A stretch of DNA of 35,225 nucleotides from an uncultured Muribaculaceae bacterium (GCA_964465245.1 CAYXHQ010000001.1:1-35225), one strand, 5' to 3'. Positions 1 to 9,999 are shown, counted from the stretch's first letter. Made by a program: numbers and translations. The notes: generated from the sequence alone by a model not told the origin.

Positions 1-108
1 AAATGGAATTTTCAAATAAAAAAACTATTTAAAATACTTGCATATTTCATTGTTTTGTGTTGCAATATATTTACAAAATTTTCAATGTATAGTAAACTAA
101 TTATAGTA

Positions 109-191
109 ACTTATAAAGAGCAATGGAGGGACTAGCCCAGTGATAATTGCACCAACCTATTTAATTAGGTGGTAAAGCTAGTATGATAAGG
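109..191 (+). promoter_or_regulatory. SAM-I (S-box) riboswitch aptamer
   Basis: P1 arms CTTAT (110-114) and ATAAG (186-190). S-box core strings AGAG..TGGAGGGAC..GCCC..TGA..CCAACC..AGGTGGTAAAGCT are present. It lies directly 5' of a SAM synthetase gene. Confidence 0.85.
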
Positions 192-200
192 ATAATTAAG

Positions 201-235
201 TACCTATAGATACAATTATCTTTAGGTATTTTTTC
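201..235 (+). terminator. Riboswitch expression-platform intrinsic terminator
   Basis: 10-bp stem TACCTATAGA (201-210) / TCTTTAGGTA (219-228) with one mismatch and an 8-nt loop, followed by TTTTTT. It lies 36 nt before the metK ATG. Confidence 0.75.
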
Positions 236-270
236 TTGAATGTTAAAGTTACTAGAAAGAAGGAATTTTT

Positions 271-1296
271 ATGAAAATTTACAGCAATGAGATAGTATTT
301 AGAGGTCACCCAGATAAGGTGTGTGATCAAATTAGCGATGCATTACTTGATGCATATTTAAAAGATGACAAAAACAGTAGATGTGGAATTGAAACTGTTG
401 GCGGGAAAGGAATTATTTTTATAACTGGAGAGGTTACGTCTTCATCTAATGTGGATGTTGAAGCAGTTACTAAAAGAGTTTTATCAGATATAGGATATTC
501 GCCTGATTATAAAATAATTAATAACATAGGTATTCAAAGCGCAGATATTGCTCTTGGAACTAACGAAGAAGTAGGTGGCGCTGGAGACCAAGGTATGATG
601 TTTGGATATGCATCCGCAGAAACTGACAAATATTTGCCAAAAGCAGTGGTAATACTTCAAGAATTAAGTAGAGGATATGACGCACTTAGAAAAAATGAAA
701 GCGAAGTATTTTATCCCGATGGAAAAGCTCAAATTACTGGATATTATGATGAAGAGATGAACTTAATGGGTGTTAAAACTTTTACAATAAGTTACAATAA
801 CTGTGAAGAAAAAAGAGAATATAGTGATTCAGTTTTGAGAGACTTGTGTAATGATATTTGCAGAAAATATGGAGTAGAAGTAGAAGAATACTTGATTAAC
901 CCAACTGGGAAATTCTTAATTGGTGGATTTGAAGGAGACTCTGGTTTAACTGGAAGAAAAATAGTAGTAGATTCATATCAATCATTTGCTAATGTAGGTG
1001 GCGGAGCATTCAGCGGAAAAGACCCATCAAAGGTAGATAGAAGTGCTGCATATAAAGCAAGAGAATTAGCTAAAAGATTTTTAAAAGAAAATAGTTTAAA
1101 ATGGTGTCAAATTCAATTATCTTATGCGATTGGAATTGAAGAACCACTTGCAATATATATAACAAGTGATAAAGGTACAATAGAGCCTTCAAAAGAATTA
1201 TATGGAGAATGCAAGCCAAGAAATATAATCAAAGATTTAGATTTAAAAAATAAGTGTTATGAAGAAACTGCAATGTTTGGACATTTTACTGAATAA
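271..1296 (+). CDS. metK: S-adenosylmethionine synthetase, compact 341-aa form
   Basis: Motifs GHPDKVCDQISDA, GAGDQGMMFGYA, GGGAFSGKDPSKVDRSAAY. RBS AGAAGGA upstream. S-box leader. Confidence 0.95.
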   Translation: MKIYSNEIVFRGHPDKVCDQISDALLDAYLKDDKNSRCGIETVGGKGIIFITGEVTSSSNVDVEAVTKRVLSDIGYSPDYKIINNIGIQSADIALGTNEEVGGAGDQGMMFGYASAETDKYLPKAVVILQELSRGYDALRKNESEVFYPDGKAQITGYYDEEMNLMGVKTFTISYNNCEEKREYSDSVLRDLCNDICRKYGVEVEEYLINPTGKFLIGGFEGDSGLTGRKIVVDSYQSFANVGGGAFSGKDPSKVDRSAAYKARELAKRFLKENSLKWCQIQLSYAIGIEEPLAIYITSDKGTIEPSKELYGECKPRNIIKDLDLKNKCYEETAMFGHFTE

Positions 1297-1304
1297 TAAA
1301 AGAA

Positions 1305-1336
1305 AAATATAGAAACAAAGTTTTCTATATTTTTTG
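1305..1336 (+). terminator. metK intrinsic terminator
   Basis: Stem AAATATAGAAA (1305-1315) / TTTCTATATTT (1322-1332) followed by a T-run. Confidence 0.8.
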
Positions 1337-1378
1337 AAAAAATTTAAAAAGATCACTAAAAAGCATAATTGAATTTTA

Positions 1379-1412
1379 TAATAAAAGACACCTACCTCAA
1401 AAGGTAAGTGTC
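1379..1412 (-). terminator. Intrinsic terminator ending the prs-like transcript after about 100 nt of 3' UTR
   Basis: On the minus strand, GACACTTACC-ttttga-GGTAGGTGTC followed by TTTTATT. The two imperfect positions are G-U wobbles on the minus strand only. Confidence 0.6.
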
Positions 1413-1519
1413 AACGTCTAATAAACGGCAGACATTCAGTTATTGAATGCTCCATTTTTATTGTATGAGAATACTCCCAAACACATACATATAAAAGCAT
1501 AAAATCAATTAGAAGTAAA

Positions 1520-2614
1520 TTATCTTTTTAACTTTCTAGTCATTACTTCTTCTAAAAGTTCAGGTTTTATATTAGTGATTGATTTTATTGATTTATGTAA
1601 ATTCATATTATTTATTATTTCAGCAATTTGATATGAACAGTCAGATGCAGTAAACCAAGGTTCATTCATTGCTTTTGTATGTCCATATGTTAAATTTGTT
1701 GAATAAAGCTTTTTAAATAATTTTTCATCATATTTTTCCTTGAATTTATCTAAACCTTCAGTAAATAGAGAAAATGTAGCAATTAGATATATATTTCTTG
1801 CTCCCTTTTCTTTAAGAAGTCTTGCAGTATCAAGTATTGAACCACCAGAAGATATCATATCATCACAAATTATTATATCTTTGTCAGTTGTATCAGGTCC
1901 AATATAAATATGTTCTAGTATTGGATTTTTACCATTTATTACTTGTGTTAAATCTCTTAATTTATAACACATTCCCATATTACATCTAAATACTCCAGCA
2001 TAATACTTTGCTCTTTTAGTAGCGCCTTCATCTGGGGCAATAACTAGCATATTATTAAGATTTATATCTTCATTATCTAAAAAGTCTTTAATTATGTGAT
2101 TGGTTGCAAATATATTTTGAAATTCAGTATTAGTCCCAGCAAGTGCATGTTTTACACCAGCGCTATGAACATCATATGTTATTATTTTACTAACTCCATC
2201 GTTTGCTAGATCTCTTAAGGCATCAGCACAATCATTTGATTCATAATTTGCACCACTATGTTGACGAGATGCGTATAAAAACGGCATAAATACTGAGTAA
2301 TCACTTGTATGTCCTGACACTGCAGAAATAACTCTTCTAATATCTGCGTAATGGTCATCAGGACTTTTATAATTTGTATGTCCATACATTTCATACGTGC
2401 ACTCACTATTTTCTGTGTCTGATAAAATATATAAATCTTTATTTCTAACAGAAGACTTTATTTTAATTTTACCACTTCCATCATTAAATCTAGTTTCTTC
2501 AATTTTTGTAATATAATCATTTCCATTGCACCTAATAGCATTTAAATTCTCTCTTACTTTTTCTCCAAGACTTTTACAATTGTCTAAAACAATTAATGAT
2601 AGATTATCTTCCAT
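1520..2614 (-). CDS. Ribose-phosphate pyrophosphokinase family protein, divergent long form
   Basis: RFNDGSGKIKI, VIAPDEGATKRAK and the PRPP-binding loop IIICDDMISSGGS. I prefer the ATG at 2614 (AAGGAG upstream) over the TTG at 2671. Confidence 0.8.
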   Translation of the reverse strand: MEDNLSLIVLDNCKSLGEKVRENLNAIRCNGNDYITKIEETRFNDGSGKIKIKSSVRNKDLYILSDTENSECTYEMYGHTNYKSPDDHYADIRRVISAVSGHTSDYSVFMPFLYASRQHSGANYESNDCADALRDLANDGVSKIITYDVHSAGVKHALAGTNTEFQNIFATNHIIKDFLDNEDINLNNMLVIAPDEGATKRAKYYAGVFRCNMGMCYKLRDLTQVINGKNPILEHIYIGPDTTDKDIIICDDMISSGGSILDTARLLKEKGARNIYLIATFSLFTEGLDKFKEKYDEKLFKKLYSTNLTYGHTKAMNEPWFTASDCSYQIAEIINNMNLHKSIKSITNIKPELLEEVMTRKLKR

Positions 2615-2741
2615 TTTTTTGTATACTCCTTTATCTACTTTAATTTTAACCCTGTTTATTGTTTTATTCAATCAAATTACTTGATTTTTAGCGTATTTTG
2701 TAGTATTATCATCTAGTATCTTAAAAAGGGGATGAAGTAAA

Positions 2742-4547
2742 ATGGAGAAAATAATTAATTTCGCAGTTGTGGCACACGTTGATGCTGGCAAAAGTACACT
2801 AGTAGATGCACTATTGAAACAAAATGGTGTTTTTAGAGTGAATGAAAGTGTAGTAGACTGTGTAATGGATAGTGGAGACCTAGAACGTGAAAGAGGTATA
2901 ACAATAACAGCTAAAAACTGTTCTATTAGATATAAAGACTATAAAATGAATATAGTAGATACTCCAGGGCATGCTGACTTTTCAAGTGAAATTGAAAGAA
3001 TTATTAAAACTGTTGATACAGTTGTTCTTTTAGTTGACTCTGCTGAAGGGCCTATGCCACAAACAAGATTTGTATTAAAAGAAGCTTTACAAAATAATTT
3101 AAGACCGATTCTTTTTATAAATAAAATAGATAAGAAAGATGCAAGAATTGATGAGGTTATTAACATGACTTTTGATTTATTTTGTGAATTAGGTGCGAAC
3201 GATGAACAATTAGATTTTCCAATTATATATGGAACTGCAAGAGATGGAATCGCTAAATATGAAATGGAAGATGAAAACTTAAATGTTGAACCTTTACTTG
3301 AAACAATATTAAAACAAGTTGAACCTTATAAAGGCAGTGAAGAAGGTAACTTACAATTGCAAATTTCATCACTTGATTACGACCCTTTTATTGGAAGACT
3401 TGGAATAGGCAGAGTTACAAAAGGTGTTATTAAAACTGGAGAAACCGTTAGTTTAGTTAAGAATAATGGTAAAATAGAAACATTTAGAGTTACTAAAATG
3501 TTTGTATATGAAGGAATAAAAAAAGTAGAAAAATCTGTTGTATATTATGGAGATATTGTAGTACTTGCTGGGTGTCCTGATATTTCAATTGGAGACACAA
3601 TTTGTACTAAAGACGTAATTGATCCATTACCTAGAATAGAAATAGAAAAACCAACAATGACAATGAATGTGCTTGTTAATAATTCTCCTTTCGCAGGAAA
3701 AAGTGGTAAATTTGTGACAAGTAGACACTTAAGAGATAGATTAATGGCTGAACTTGAAAGAAATGTTGGACTTGAAGTGGAAGACTTACCAGAAACAGAT
3801 GGATTTAAAGTATCAGGTCGTGGAGAATTACATTTATCAATATTACTTGAAAATATGAGAAGAGAAGGTTATGAAATGGGAGTTTCAAAGCCTGAGGTTA
3901 TAACAAAAGAAATAGATGGTAAAAAGTGTGAGCCATTTGAAAGAGTAATTATTAGTTTACCCGATGAATTTTCTGGAACAATAATTAATGATTTAAATGA
4001 AAGAAAAGCTGAACTTCAGTCCATTATGCCTGCTGAAGATGGATTTACTAAATTAGATTTTTTAGCTCCAACTCGTGGATTAATAGGATATAGAAGTAAC
4101 TTTATTACTAATACAAAAGGTATGGGTATAATGGTTAGAAGTTTTGATTCATATAAGCCATACGCAGGAGCTTTAAATAAAAGGAAAAACGGTGTATTAG
4201 TATCTATGGAAAATGGTGTATCTTTTGCATATTCATTATGGAAACTTGGAGATAGAGGCCAAATGATAATTACACCAACAACACCTGTATATATAGGTCA
4301 AATTGTTGGAATTCATAATAGAGATAATGACCTTGATATAAATGTATGTAAAAATAAAGAAATGACTAACACAAGAAGTTCAGGCGCAGATGATGCGATA
4401 GTATTAACTCCACCTAAAGTATTTACTTTAGAAGAAGCACTAGAGTTTATTGAAAATGATGAACTTGTTGAAATTACACCAGATAATTTAAGACTTAGAA
4501 AAAAAATATTAGATCCAAAATATAGATTTAGAAATAATAGTAAGTAA
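2742..4547 (+). CDS. typA: Translational GTPase TypA/BipA
   Basis: AVVAHVDAGKSTLVDALL, DLERERGITI, DTPGHADF, NKIDK. Length 601 aa. Confidence 0.95.
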   Translation: MEKIINFAVVAHVDAGKSTLVDALLKQNGVFRVNESVVDCVMDSGDLERERGITITAKNCSIRYKDYKMNIVDTPGHADFSSEIERIIKTVDTVVLLVDSAEGPMPQTRFVLKEALQNNLRPILFINKIDKKDARIDEVINMTFDLFCELGANDEQLDFPIIYGTARDGIAKYEMEDENLNVEPLLETILKQVEPYKGSEEGNLQLQISSLDYDPFIGRLGIGRVTKGVIKTGETVSLVKNNGKIETFRVTKMFVYEGIKKVEKSVVYYGDIVVLAGCPDISIGDTICTKDVIDPLPRIEIEKPTMTMNVLVNNSPFAGKSGKFVTSRHLRDRLMAELERNVGLEVEDLPETDGFKVSGRGELHLSILLENMRREGYEMGVSKPEVITKEIDGKKCEPFERVIISLPDEFSGTIINDLNERKAELQSIMPAEDGFTKLDFLAPTRGLIGYRSNFITNTKGMGIMVRSFDSYKPYAGALNKRKNGVLVSMENGVSFAYSLWKLGDRGQMIITPTTPVYIGQIVGIHNRDNDLDINVCKNKEMTNTRSSGADDAIVLTPPKVFTLEEALEFIENDELVEITPDNLRLRKKILDPKYRFRNNSK

Positions 4548-4554
4548 GGGTTTT

Positions 4555-5559
4555 ATGAAAAATAATAAGTTAAATCAAATAATTCTTGTATTAGTAACAG
4601 TAGTGGTTTTATTCTTTATACTTAAAGATAATTTTTCATCTACTATTAAAATAATTGGAAATATGAATTTACTCTTATTTGCAGTCTCTGCGTTTATGTA
4701 CACCATTGTTTTTACTTTAGAAGCAATTATTTCTATGAAATTAGTAAAAGAGTATAAATATGATTATACATTTAAAGACGCTTTCAAATTATCAGTAATA
4801 ACTAGATTTTTTAACGGAGTAACACCCTTTTCAGCAGGTGGAAGACCACTTCAAGTTTTTGAACTTAAAAAACATGGACTTAGAGTGTTAGAAGGAACAA
4901 ACGTAATAGTTCAAAATTTTGTAATATTCCAAACATCTCTAACTATATATTCCGTAATTACCTTAATACTAAACTCAATATTTAAGTTTTTTACTCCTGA
5001 CTCATTTTTATTTAATATGACAATTTTAGGATTTATTGTTAATGTAGTTATACTTTTATTTGCATTATTCTTAAGTATAAGTAAAAATGTTAATAAAAAA
5101 ATTGTTAAGTTTATAATAAATGTGGGTACTAAATTAAAACTTATTAAAAATAGAGAAAAGCAATATGAAAAATGGGAGAAGACTTGTAACGAATATTACG
5201 ATGCATTTAATGATTTTAAACATAAAAAAAGTTTGATTTTTAGCACAATTGCAATACAACTAGTTGCTCTTACGTTTTTCTATTCAGTTGCATACACAGT
5301 ATTTTTATCTTTAGGATATAATCCTGGAAGTTTAATTGGAGTGATAGTTGGTTCTAACTTTGTATTTTTAACAGGAAGTTATATTCCAATTCCTGGCGGG
5401 TCTGGTGGAATTGAGTATGCATTTTTAAGTTATTTTGGTACATTTTTAACAAAAGGACTTTTATCTCCTGTATTAATAATATGGAGATTTATTACGTATT
5501 ATTTACCAACACTTATAGGTGGAATTGTATTTAACATAAGAAAGAGAGTTAATAAATAG
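4555..5559 (+). CDS. UPF0104 / lysyl-PG-synthase-TM-like (flippase-like) membrane protein
   Basis: Polytopic membrane protein with family-typical ITRFFNGVTPFSAGGRPLQVFELKKHG. It starts 7 nt after typA. Confidence 0.7.
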   Translation: MKNNKLNQIILVLVTVVVLFFILKDNFSSTIKIIGNMNLLLFAVSAFMYTIVFTLEAIISMKLVKEYKYDYTFKDAFKLSVITRFFNGVTPFSAGGRPLQVFELKKHGLRVLEGTNVIVQNFVIFQTSLTIYSVITLILNSIFKFFTPDSFLFNMTILGFIVNVVILLFALFLSISKNVNKKIVKFIINVGTKLKLIKNREKQYEKWEKTCNEYYDAFNDFKHKKSLIFSTIAIQLVALTFFYSVAYTVFLSLGYNPGSLIGVIVGSNFVFLTGSYIPIPGGSGGIEYAFLSYFGTFLTKGLLSPVLIIWRFITYYLPTLIGGIVFNIRKRVNK

Positions 5560-5608
5560 AAAAAAATATGATATACTAAAATCAATTGAATGAAGAAAGG
5601 TGAAGCAG

Positions 5609-7111
5609 ATGAATAAAAATTTTTATATAACTACTCCAATATATTATCCAAGTGGCAAATTTCATATAGGGACTTCTTATACAACAATAATGGCTGATGT
5701 AATTGCAAGATATTATCGTCAAAATGGATATGATGTTAGATTTTTAACTGGTTTAGACGAACATGGACAGAAAATTCAAATCAAATCTTATGAAGAAGGT
5801 AAAACACCACAAGAATTTGTAGATGAAAAAGCAAGTGATGCTGTAAATTTATGGAAAAAACTTAATATTAGTAATAATGATTTTATAAGAACGACTGAGT
5901 CTAGGCATATAGAAACTGTTAAAAAAACTTTTGTTAAATTGTATGAAAATGGTGACATTTATAAGGGTAAATACTGCGGTAAATACTGTATACCATGCGA
6001 AACATTTTTCACTCCTAGTCAAATAACTAATGATTTGTGTCCAAGTTGTGGAAGAGAATTAAAAGAAGTTGAAGAAGAAACATATTTTTTCAATATGAAA
6101 AAATATGAGAAAAGACTTATTGAGTTTTATGAAAGAAATCCAAAATTTTTAAAACCAGAAACGAAGAAAAATGAAATAATGAATAGCTTTTTAAATGCAG
6201 GGTTAGAGGATTTATGCATATCAAGGACAACTTTTGACTGGGGCATTAAAGTGCCATCAGATGAAAAGCACGTTATGTACGTGTGGCTAGATGCGTTATT
6301 AAATTATATATCTTCTTTAGGATACTTATCAAACAATGAAACTTTATTTGATAAATATTGGCCTGCGAATGTACAAATAATAGGTAAGGATATATTAAGA
6401 TTTCATGCAATTTATTGGCCTATATTTTTAATGGCATTAGATTTACCATTACCAAAAAATATTTTTGTTCATGATTTTATTTTAATGAAAAATGATAAGA
6501 TGAGTAAATCAAAAGGTAATGTAATGTATCCGGATATTTTAGCTGACGCTTATGGAGTTGATAGCTTAAGATATTATATGATTGCTAATGGTCCTGAGAA
6601 AAAGGATGTAAATATAAGTGAAGAAGATTTAATTCTTGCTCATAATAAATTTTTAGTAGGTGTTCTTGGAAACTTTATAAATAGAAATTTATCATTTATT
6701 AAAAAGAAATTTGAAAGTACAGTTACTGAAGGTAAAATAGATGAGAATATTATTAATATAACAAAAGAAAAATATGAGTCTATTGGAGCCCTTATTGAAA
6801 CAGGTGAGTTAAGAGAAGCAATTGACAATGTGTTTGATTATATAACACTTGGAAACAAGTACTATGATGAGAATGAACCTTGGAATGCAGCTAAAAATGA
6901 TATCGACAAATTCAATGATGTTACCTATACATGTGTTTACATGATGGCTAATATTGCAAACTTTATAAATCCATTTATGCCAAGTACTTCTAAAAAGATA
7001 AAAGATATTTTACATTTAAATGATTTTAAATGGGAAGAAGAAAAAATAAGTGGAAATATTCTTATCGATGAATTACCACTATTATTTAATAGAATCGAAG
7101 AAACTAAATAA
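5609..7111 (+). CDS. metG: Methionyl-tRNA synthetase, short form without a C-terminal tRNA-binding domain
   Basis: The class I HIGH-type motif reads HIGT, and KMSKS is present. Zn knuckles CIPC and CPSC. The ATG at 5609 follows AAAGGTG; the listed GTG at 5600 is less likely. Confidence 0.95.
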   Translation: MNKNFYITTPIYYPSGKFHIGTSYTTIMADVIARYYRQNGYDVRFLTGLDEHGQKIQIKSYEEGKTPQEFVDEKASDAVNLWKKLNISNNDFIRTTESRHIETVKKTFVKLYENGDIYKGKYCGKYCIPCETFFTPSQITNDLCPSCGRELKEVEEETYFFNMKKYEKRLIEFYERNPKFLKPETKKNEIMNSFLNAGLEDLCISRTTFDWGIKVPSDEKHVMYVWLDALLNYISSLGYLSNNETLFDKYWPANVQIIGKDILRFHAIYWPIFLMALDLPLPKNIFVHDFILMKNDKMSKSKGNVMYPDILADAYGVDSLRYYMIANGPEKKDVNISEEDLILAHNKFLVGVLGNFINRNLSFIKKKFESTVTEGKIDENIINITKEKYESIGALIETGELREAIDNVFDYITLGNKYYDENEPWNAAKNDIDKFNDVTYTCVYMMANIANFINPFMPSTSKKIKDILHLNDFKWEEEKISGNILIDELPLLFNRIEETK

Positions 7112-7132
7112 TTAAAGTTATGTAATTTATAA

Positions 7133-7158
7133 AAATTGAAAGAAATTTCAATTTTTTT
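7133..7158 (+). terminator. metG intrinsic terminator
   Basis: AAATTGAAA-gaaa-TTTCAATTT followed by TTTT. Confidence 0.8.
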
Positions 7159-7216
7159 CATGCAAAAAAAGCGTTTTAAGGAAAAAATGGCGATAATATA
7201 AGTAGGAGGATATAAA

Positions 7217-8117
7217 ATGAATTATTATAATGAAATTAAAAAAGAACTTGTAAATAATGAGATTTATAAGAAAGTAAAAGACTATTCAAAGAATAAAAGT
7301 GATTTGAATACTTATTATAATGTAGGCGCACTGCTTGTTGAAGCTCAAGGTGGCGAAGAAAGAGCAAAGTATGGTGATAATCTTATAAAAGAGTATTCAA
7401 ATAAAATATTTGTTGAAACAAAGTGTTTTTATAATGTCAGTGCATTAAAAAGAATGAGACAATTCTATTTGAAAATTGAAAAAGGTGCGACACTGTCGCA
7501 CCAATTGACGTGGAGCCATTATGTAGAACTTTTATCTATAGAAGATAAAAGTAAAATTAATTATTATATTAAAATAACTGAAGAACAAAATTTATCAATA
7601 AGAGAACTTAGAAATAAAATTAAAAACTGTGAATATGAAAGACTAGATGATAAAACTAAAAATAAGTTATTGACTAAAGAAAATAATAATGTAGAAGACT
7701 TTATAAAGAATCCTATAGTTATTAATAATAGATATAATTATAGCGAAATATCGGAGCGTATATTAAAAAGTCTTATCTTAGAAGATATGTCAAAGTTTTT
7801 AGAAGAACTAGGTGAAGGTTTTTGTTTTGTAAAAGATGAATATAAAATTAAACTAGGTGACAGATATAATTATATAGATTTATTACTTTTTTAATTATGA
7901 TTATAATTGTTTTGTGGTAATTGAACTAAAAATTACTGAATTAAAAAAAGAATATATAGGCCAAATTGAAGTGTATATGAATTATATAGATAAAAATGTT
8001 AAAACAATTAATCAAAGTAATACAATAGGAATAATTATATGCAAAAAAGGTAATAAATTTATTATGGAATATTGTAGTGATACAAGAATATTCAATACTA
8101 CATATGTTTTGAATTAA
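7217..8117 (+). pseudogene. DUF1016 (YhcG-like) PD-(D/E)xK nuclease split by a +1 frameshift in a T6 run
   Basis: ORFs 7217-7894 and 7914-8117 are the N- and C-terminal halves of one family. Reading from 7893 in the +1 frame gives NYDYNCFVVIELK, which directly continues ..YIDLLLF. Removing one T from 7887-7892 fuses them. Confidence 0.75.
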
Positions 8118-8123
8118 AACTTT

Positions 8124-8654
8124 TTATTTTGCTTTTTTATATCTAATTAAAGAAACTACTCCAGAAGAAAATTCAAATACATTTCCTAACAGTGAAGTAT
8201 AAGCTCCTACTTTAAAATTATAAAACATCCATAAAACAGAACAAACAATAAACACAATTCTTATAACATTCATATTATTTTTCCATGTAGAAATTGTATA
8301 TAAAAGGGTGATAACTATAGGAATAAGAGAAATAGAGATAGCTAAAATATCTATTGTTTCATGACTGTCATATCTAATCATTCCAACAGATAATATTAAT
8401 ACTATAAAAATTATTAAAGAGTATAATGGTATATTTTTTCCCTCTTTATTATATTTATAAAATACTGCGATTCTAGCAACAGATATAAAGTTCATTAAAG
8501 CTGCCAAAAATACTCCTAAAAGTACATACTGAACGGAATAAAGTACATTTGCGATTAGTTGAAAAATTAATAATTTATCTTTTTCAGACTTTTGTACACT
8601 TAATATATAAAAAATAAATGCTACAAGTCCTACTATCCATGCTACTATTTTCAT
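8124..8654 (-). CDS. YgjV-like inner membrane protein
   Basis: 176 aa with about 5-6 TM helices. The N-terminal pattern resembles the Imp-YgjV family. RBS AGGTGA. Confidence 0.55.
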   Translation of the reverse strand: MKIVAWIVGLVAFIFYILSVQKSEKDKLLIFQLIANVLYSVQYVLLGVFLAALMNFISVARIAVFYKYNKEGKNIPLYSLIIFIVLILSVGMIRYDSHETIDILAISISLIPIVITLLYTISTWKNNMNVIRIVFIVCSVLWMFYNFKVGAYTSLLGNVFEFSSGVVSLIRYKKAK

Positions 8655-8727
8655 GTTTCACCTACTTTATAATTATATAATATTATTAAATGTTTTGCTT
8701 AAAATATTCGTTAAATAGTGTAAAATG

Positions 8728-8756
8728 TTTACTTTAAGGATTTAAAAACTTATAAT
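8728..8756 (+). promoter_or_regulatory. Putative sigma-A promoter giving a leaderless or near-leaderless mRNA
   Basis: TTTACT (8728-8733), 17-nt spacer, TATAAT (8751-8756). The ATG at 8763 is 6 nt after the -10 box and there is no Shine-Dalgarno. Confidence 0.4.
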
Positions 8757-8762
8757 GTTATT

Positions 8763-9980
8763 ATGGACAGAAAAAAGATAATAATTATAATTGAATCAGT
8801 TTTTATAGGAGCGTTTATTTTTGTAATAGCTTTTTTTACATTTAAAATTTTATTAGATAAAGTTCATGAAAATAATTTAAAAAAGGATTTAAATGTTTTG
8901 ATTTCATCTGTTAATAACTATGAAACTGGTGTATATAAATACGAATCTAGAAATTTGATTAATAATGAAGTTACAATTAATTCTTTTGATATAGAAGGAA
9001 AAGGCGAAGTTTTTAAAGATGAATATGGAGTTTATGCCTTACTTGAGAATGATAAATTTTGTGCGTATAAAACAGCTCAAGAAGAAATTATTTCTTTTAA
9101 AGGAAGCTGTAACGATATAAAATTTGAAAAAGAGAATATAAAATATACACAAAACGGTGCAAAAGTCACTTTAGAATTAAATGGTTTTTTATATAAAATA
9201 ACAGCTGATAAAAAGTTGCCTACTACTTGGGAAAAAAGTGAAAAAAACACTGTAATTGCAAATTTACCATATGCAGGAGAATTTTATATTTGGACTAAAA
9301 ATAAAACAGGTGTAATAATGGACCCCATAAATGTAAAAATCGAATGCACTAGTGGAGAATATAGTGATATTAGTAATACTTTAATATATTGTGTGGGTGC
9401 TAAAATTAATTATAAAGATTATTCTTGGCATGTTTTGTCAGATGAAAACGGTTATGTTAAATTGCTATTGGATGCAAAAGAACTAGAAAATATGTCTCAT
9501 TGTAGCAAAGCAAATAGTGAATATTGCTATTATAAAAGTGATATTATATATGAGGCATATAAATGGAGTAAATCTGAAATTAATAAATATTTAAATAGTG
9601 AATTTATTAAAAATTTGGATGAAACTATTTTAAAAGAAGAACAAATATGCGATGATGAATCTGGCAAAAAAGGATGTCAAGATAATGATGGATGTGCTGG
9701 ATACTTAAAAGAAGATATAGAATTATATAATTATAAATGTAATAACTATACAAAATCTAAAGTTAGACTACTTACATTTATGGAATATGAAAAGTTAATA
9801 AAAAATGTGACAGACAAATCTTGGATATATGGCAGTAAAATAGGAGATTACGCGCTTATGAATGGATACTCAGGCCATGGATACAATATTACTAAAATAG
9901 ACTCTTTAGGACAATATTATTTAGATGAATTTTCTTCATCTTTACTAGGAGTAAGAGCTGTTATTACTGTAAAAAAATAA
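8763..9980 (+). CDS. Membrane-anchored, Cys-rich exported protein with a DUF6273-like C-terminal domain
   Basis: N-terminal TM helix. C-terminal pattern YSWHVLSDENGYVKLLL ... YKWSKSEINKYLNSEFIKNL. Many Cys residues in the C-terminal half. Confidence 0.6.
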   Translation: MDRKKIIIIIESVFIGAFIFVIAFFTFKILLDKVHENNLKKDLNVLISSVNNYETGVYKYESRNLINNEVTINSFDIEGKGEVFKDEYGVYALLENDKFCAYKTAQEEIISFKGSCNDIKFEKENIKYTQNGAKVTLELNGFLYKITADKKLPTTWEKSEKNTVIANLPYAGEFYIWTKNKTGVIMDPINVKIECTSGEYSDISNTLIYCVGAKINYKDYSWHVLSDENGYVKLLLDAKELENMSHCSKANSEYCYYKSDIIYEAYKWSKSEINKYLNSEFIKNLDETILKEEQICDDESGKKGCQDNDGCAGYLKEDIELYNYKCNNYTKSKVRLLTFMEYEKLIKNVTDKSWIYGSKIGDYALMNGYSGHGYNITKIDSLGQYYLDEFSSSLLGVRAVITVKK

Positions 9981-9999
9981 AACTGCATATGCAGTTTTT
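9979..9999. terminator. Bidirectional hairpin shared by two convergent genes
   Basis: Perfect palindrome AAAACTGCATATGCAGTTTT with A/T runs on both sides. It overlaps both stop codons. Confidence 0.7.

Noticed and set aside
1413-1519. A possible small RNA in the 220-nt gap between metK and the prs-like gene, with hairpin CATTCA..TGAATG and a strong downstream hairpin.
   Set aside because: No promoter is evident, and I recognise no match to any conserved RNA family core (SRP, 6S, riboswitch). It is most simply the 3' UTR and terminator of the prs-like transcript.
5560-5608. A T-box leader or other attenuator upstream of metG.
   Set aside because: Only about 49 nt separate metG from the preceding gene, far too short for a T-box. 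metG appears co-transcribed with typA and the UPF0104 gene.
8763-8850. The N-terminus KKIIIIIESVFIGAFIFVIA of the 405-aa protein looked like a type IV pilin or pseudopilin class III signal.
   Set aside because: There is no Gly/Ala at -1 and no G-F-T-L-I-E type cleavage box, the Glu is not at +5 of any plausible cleavage site, and no pilus or competence genes are nearby. I treat it as a plain TM anchor.
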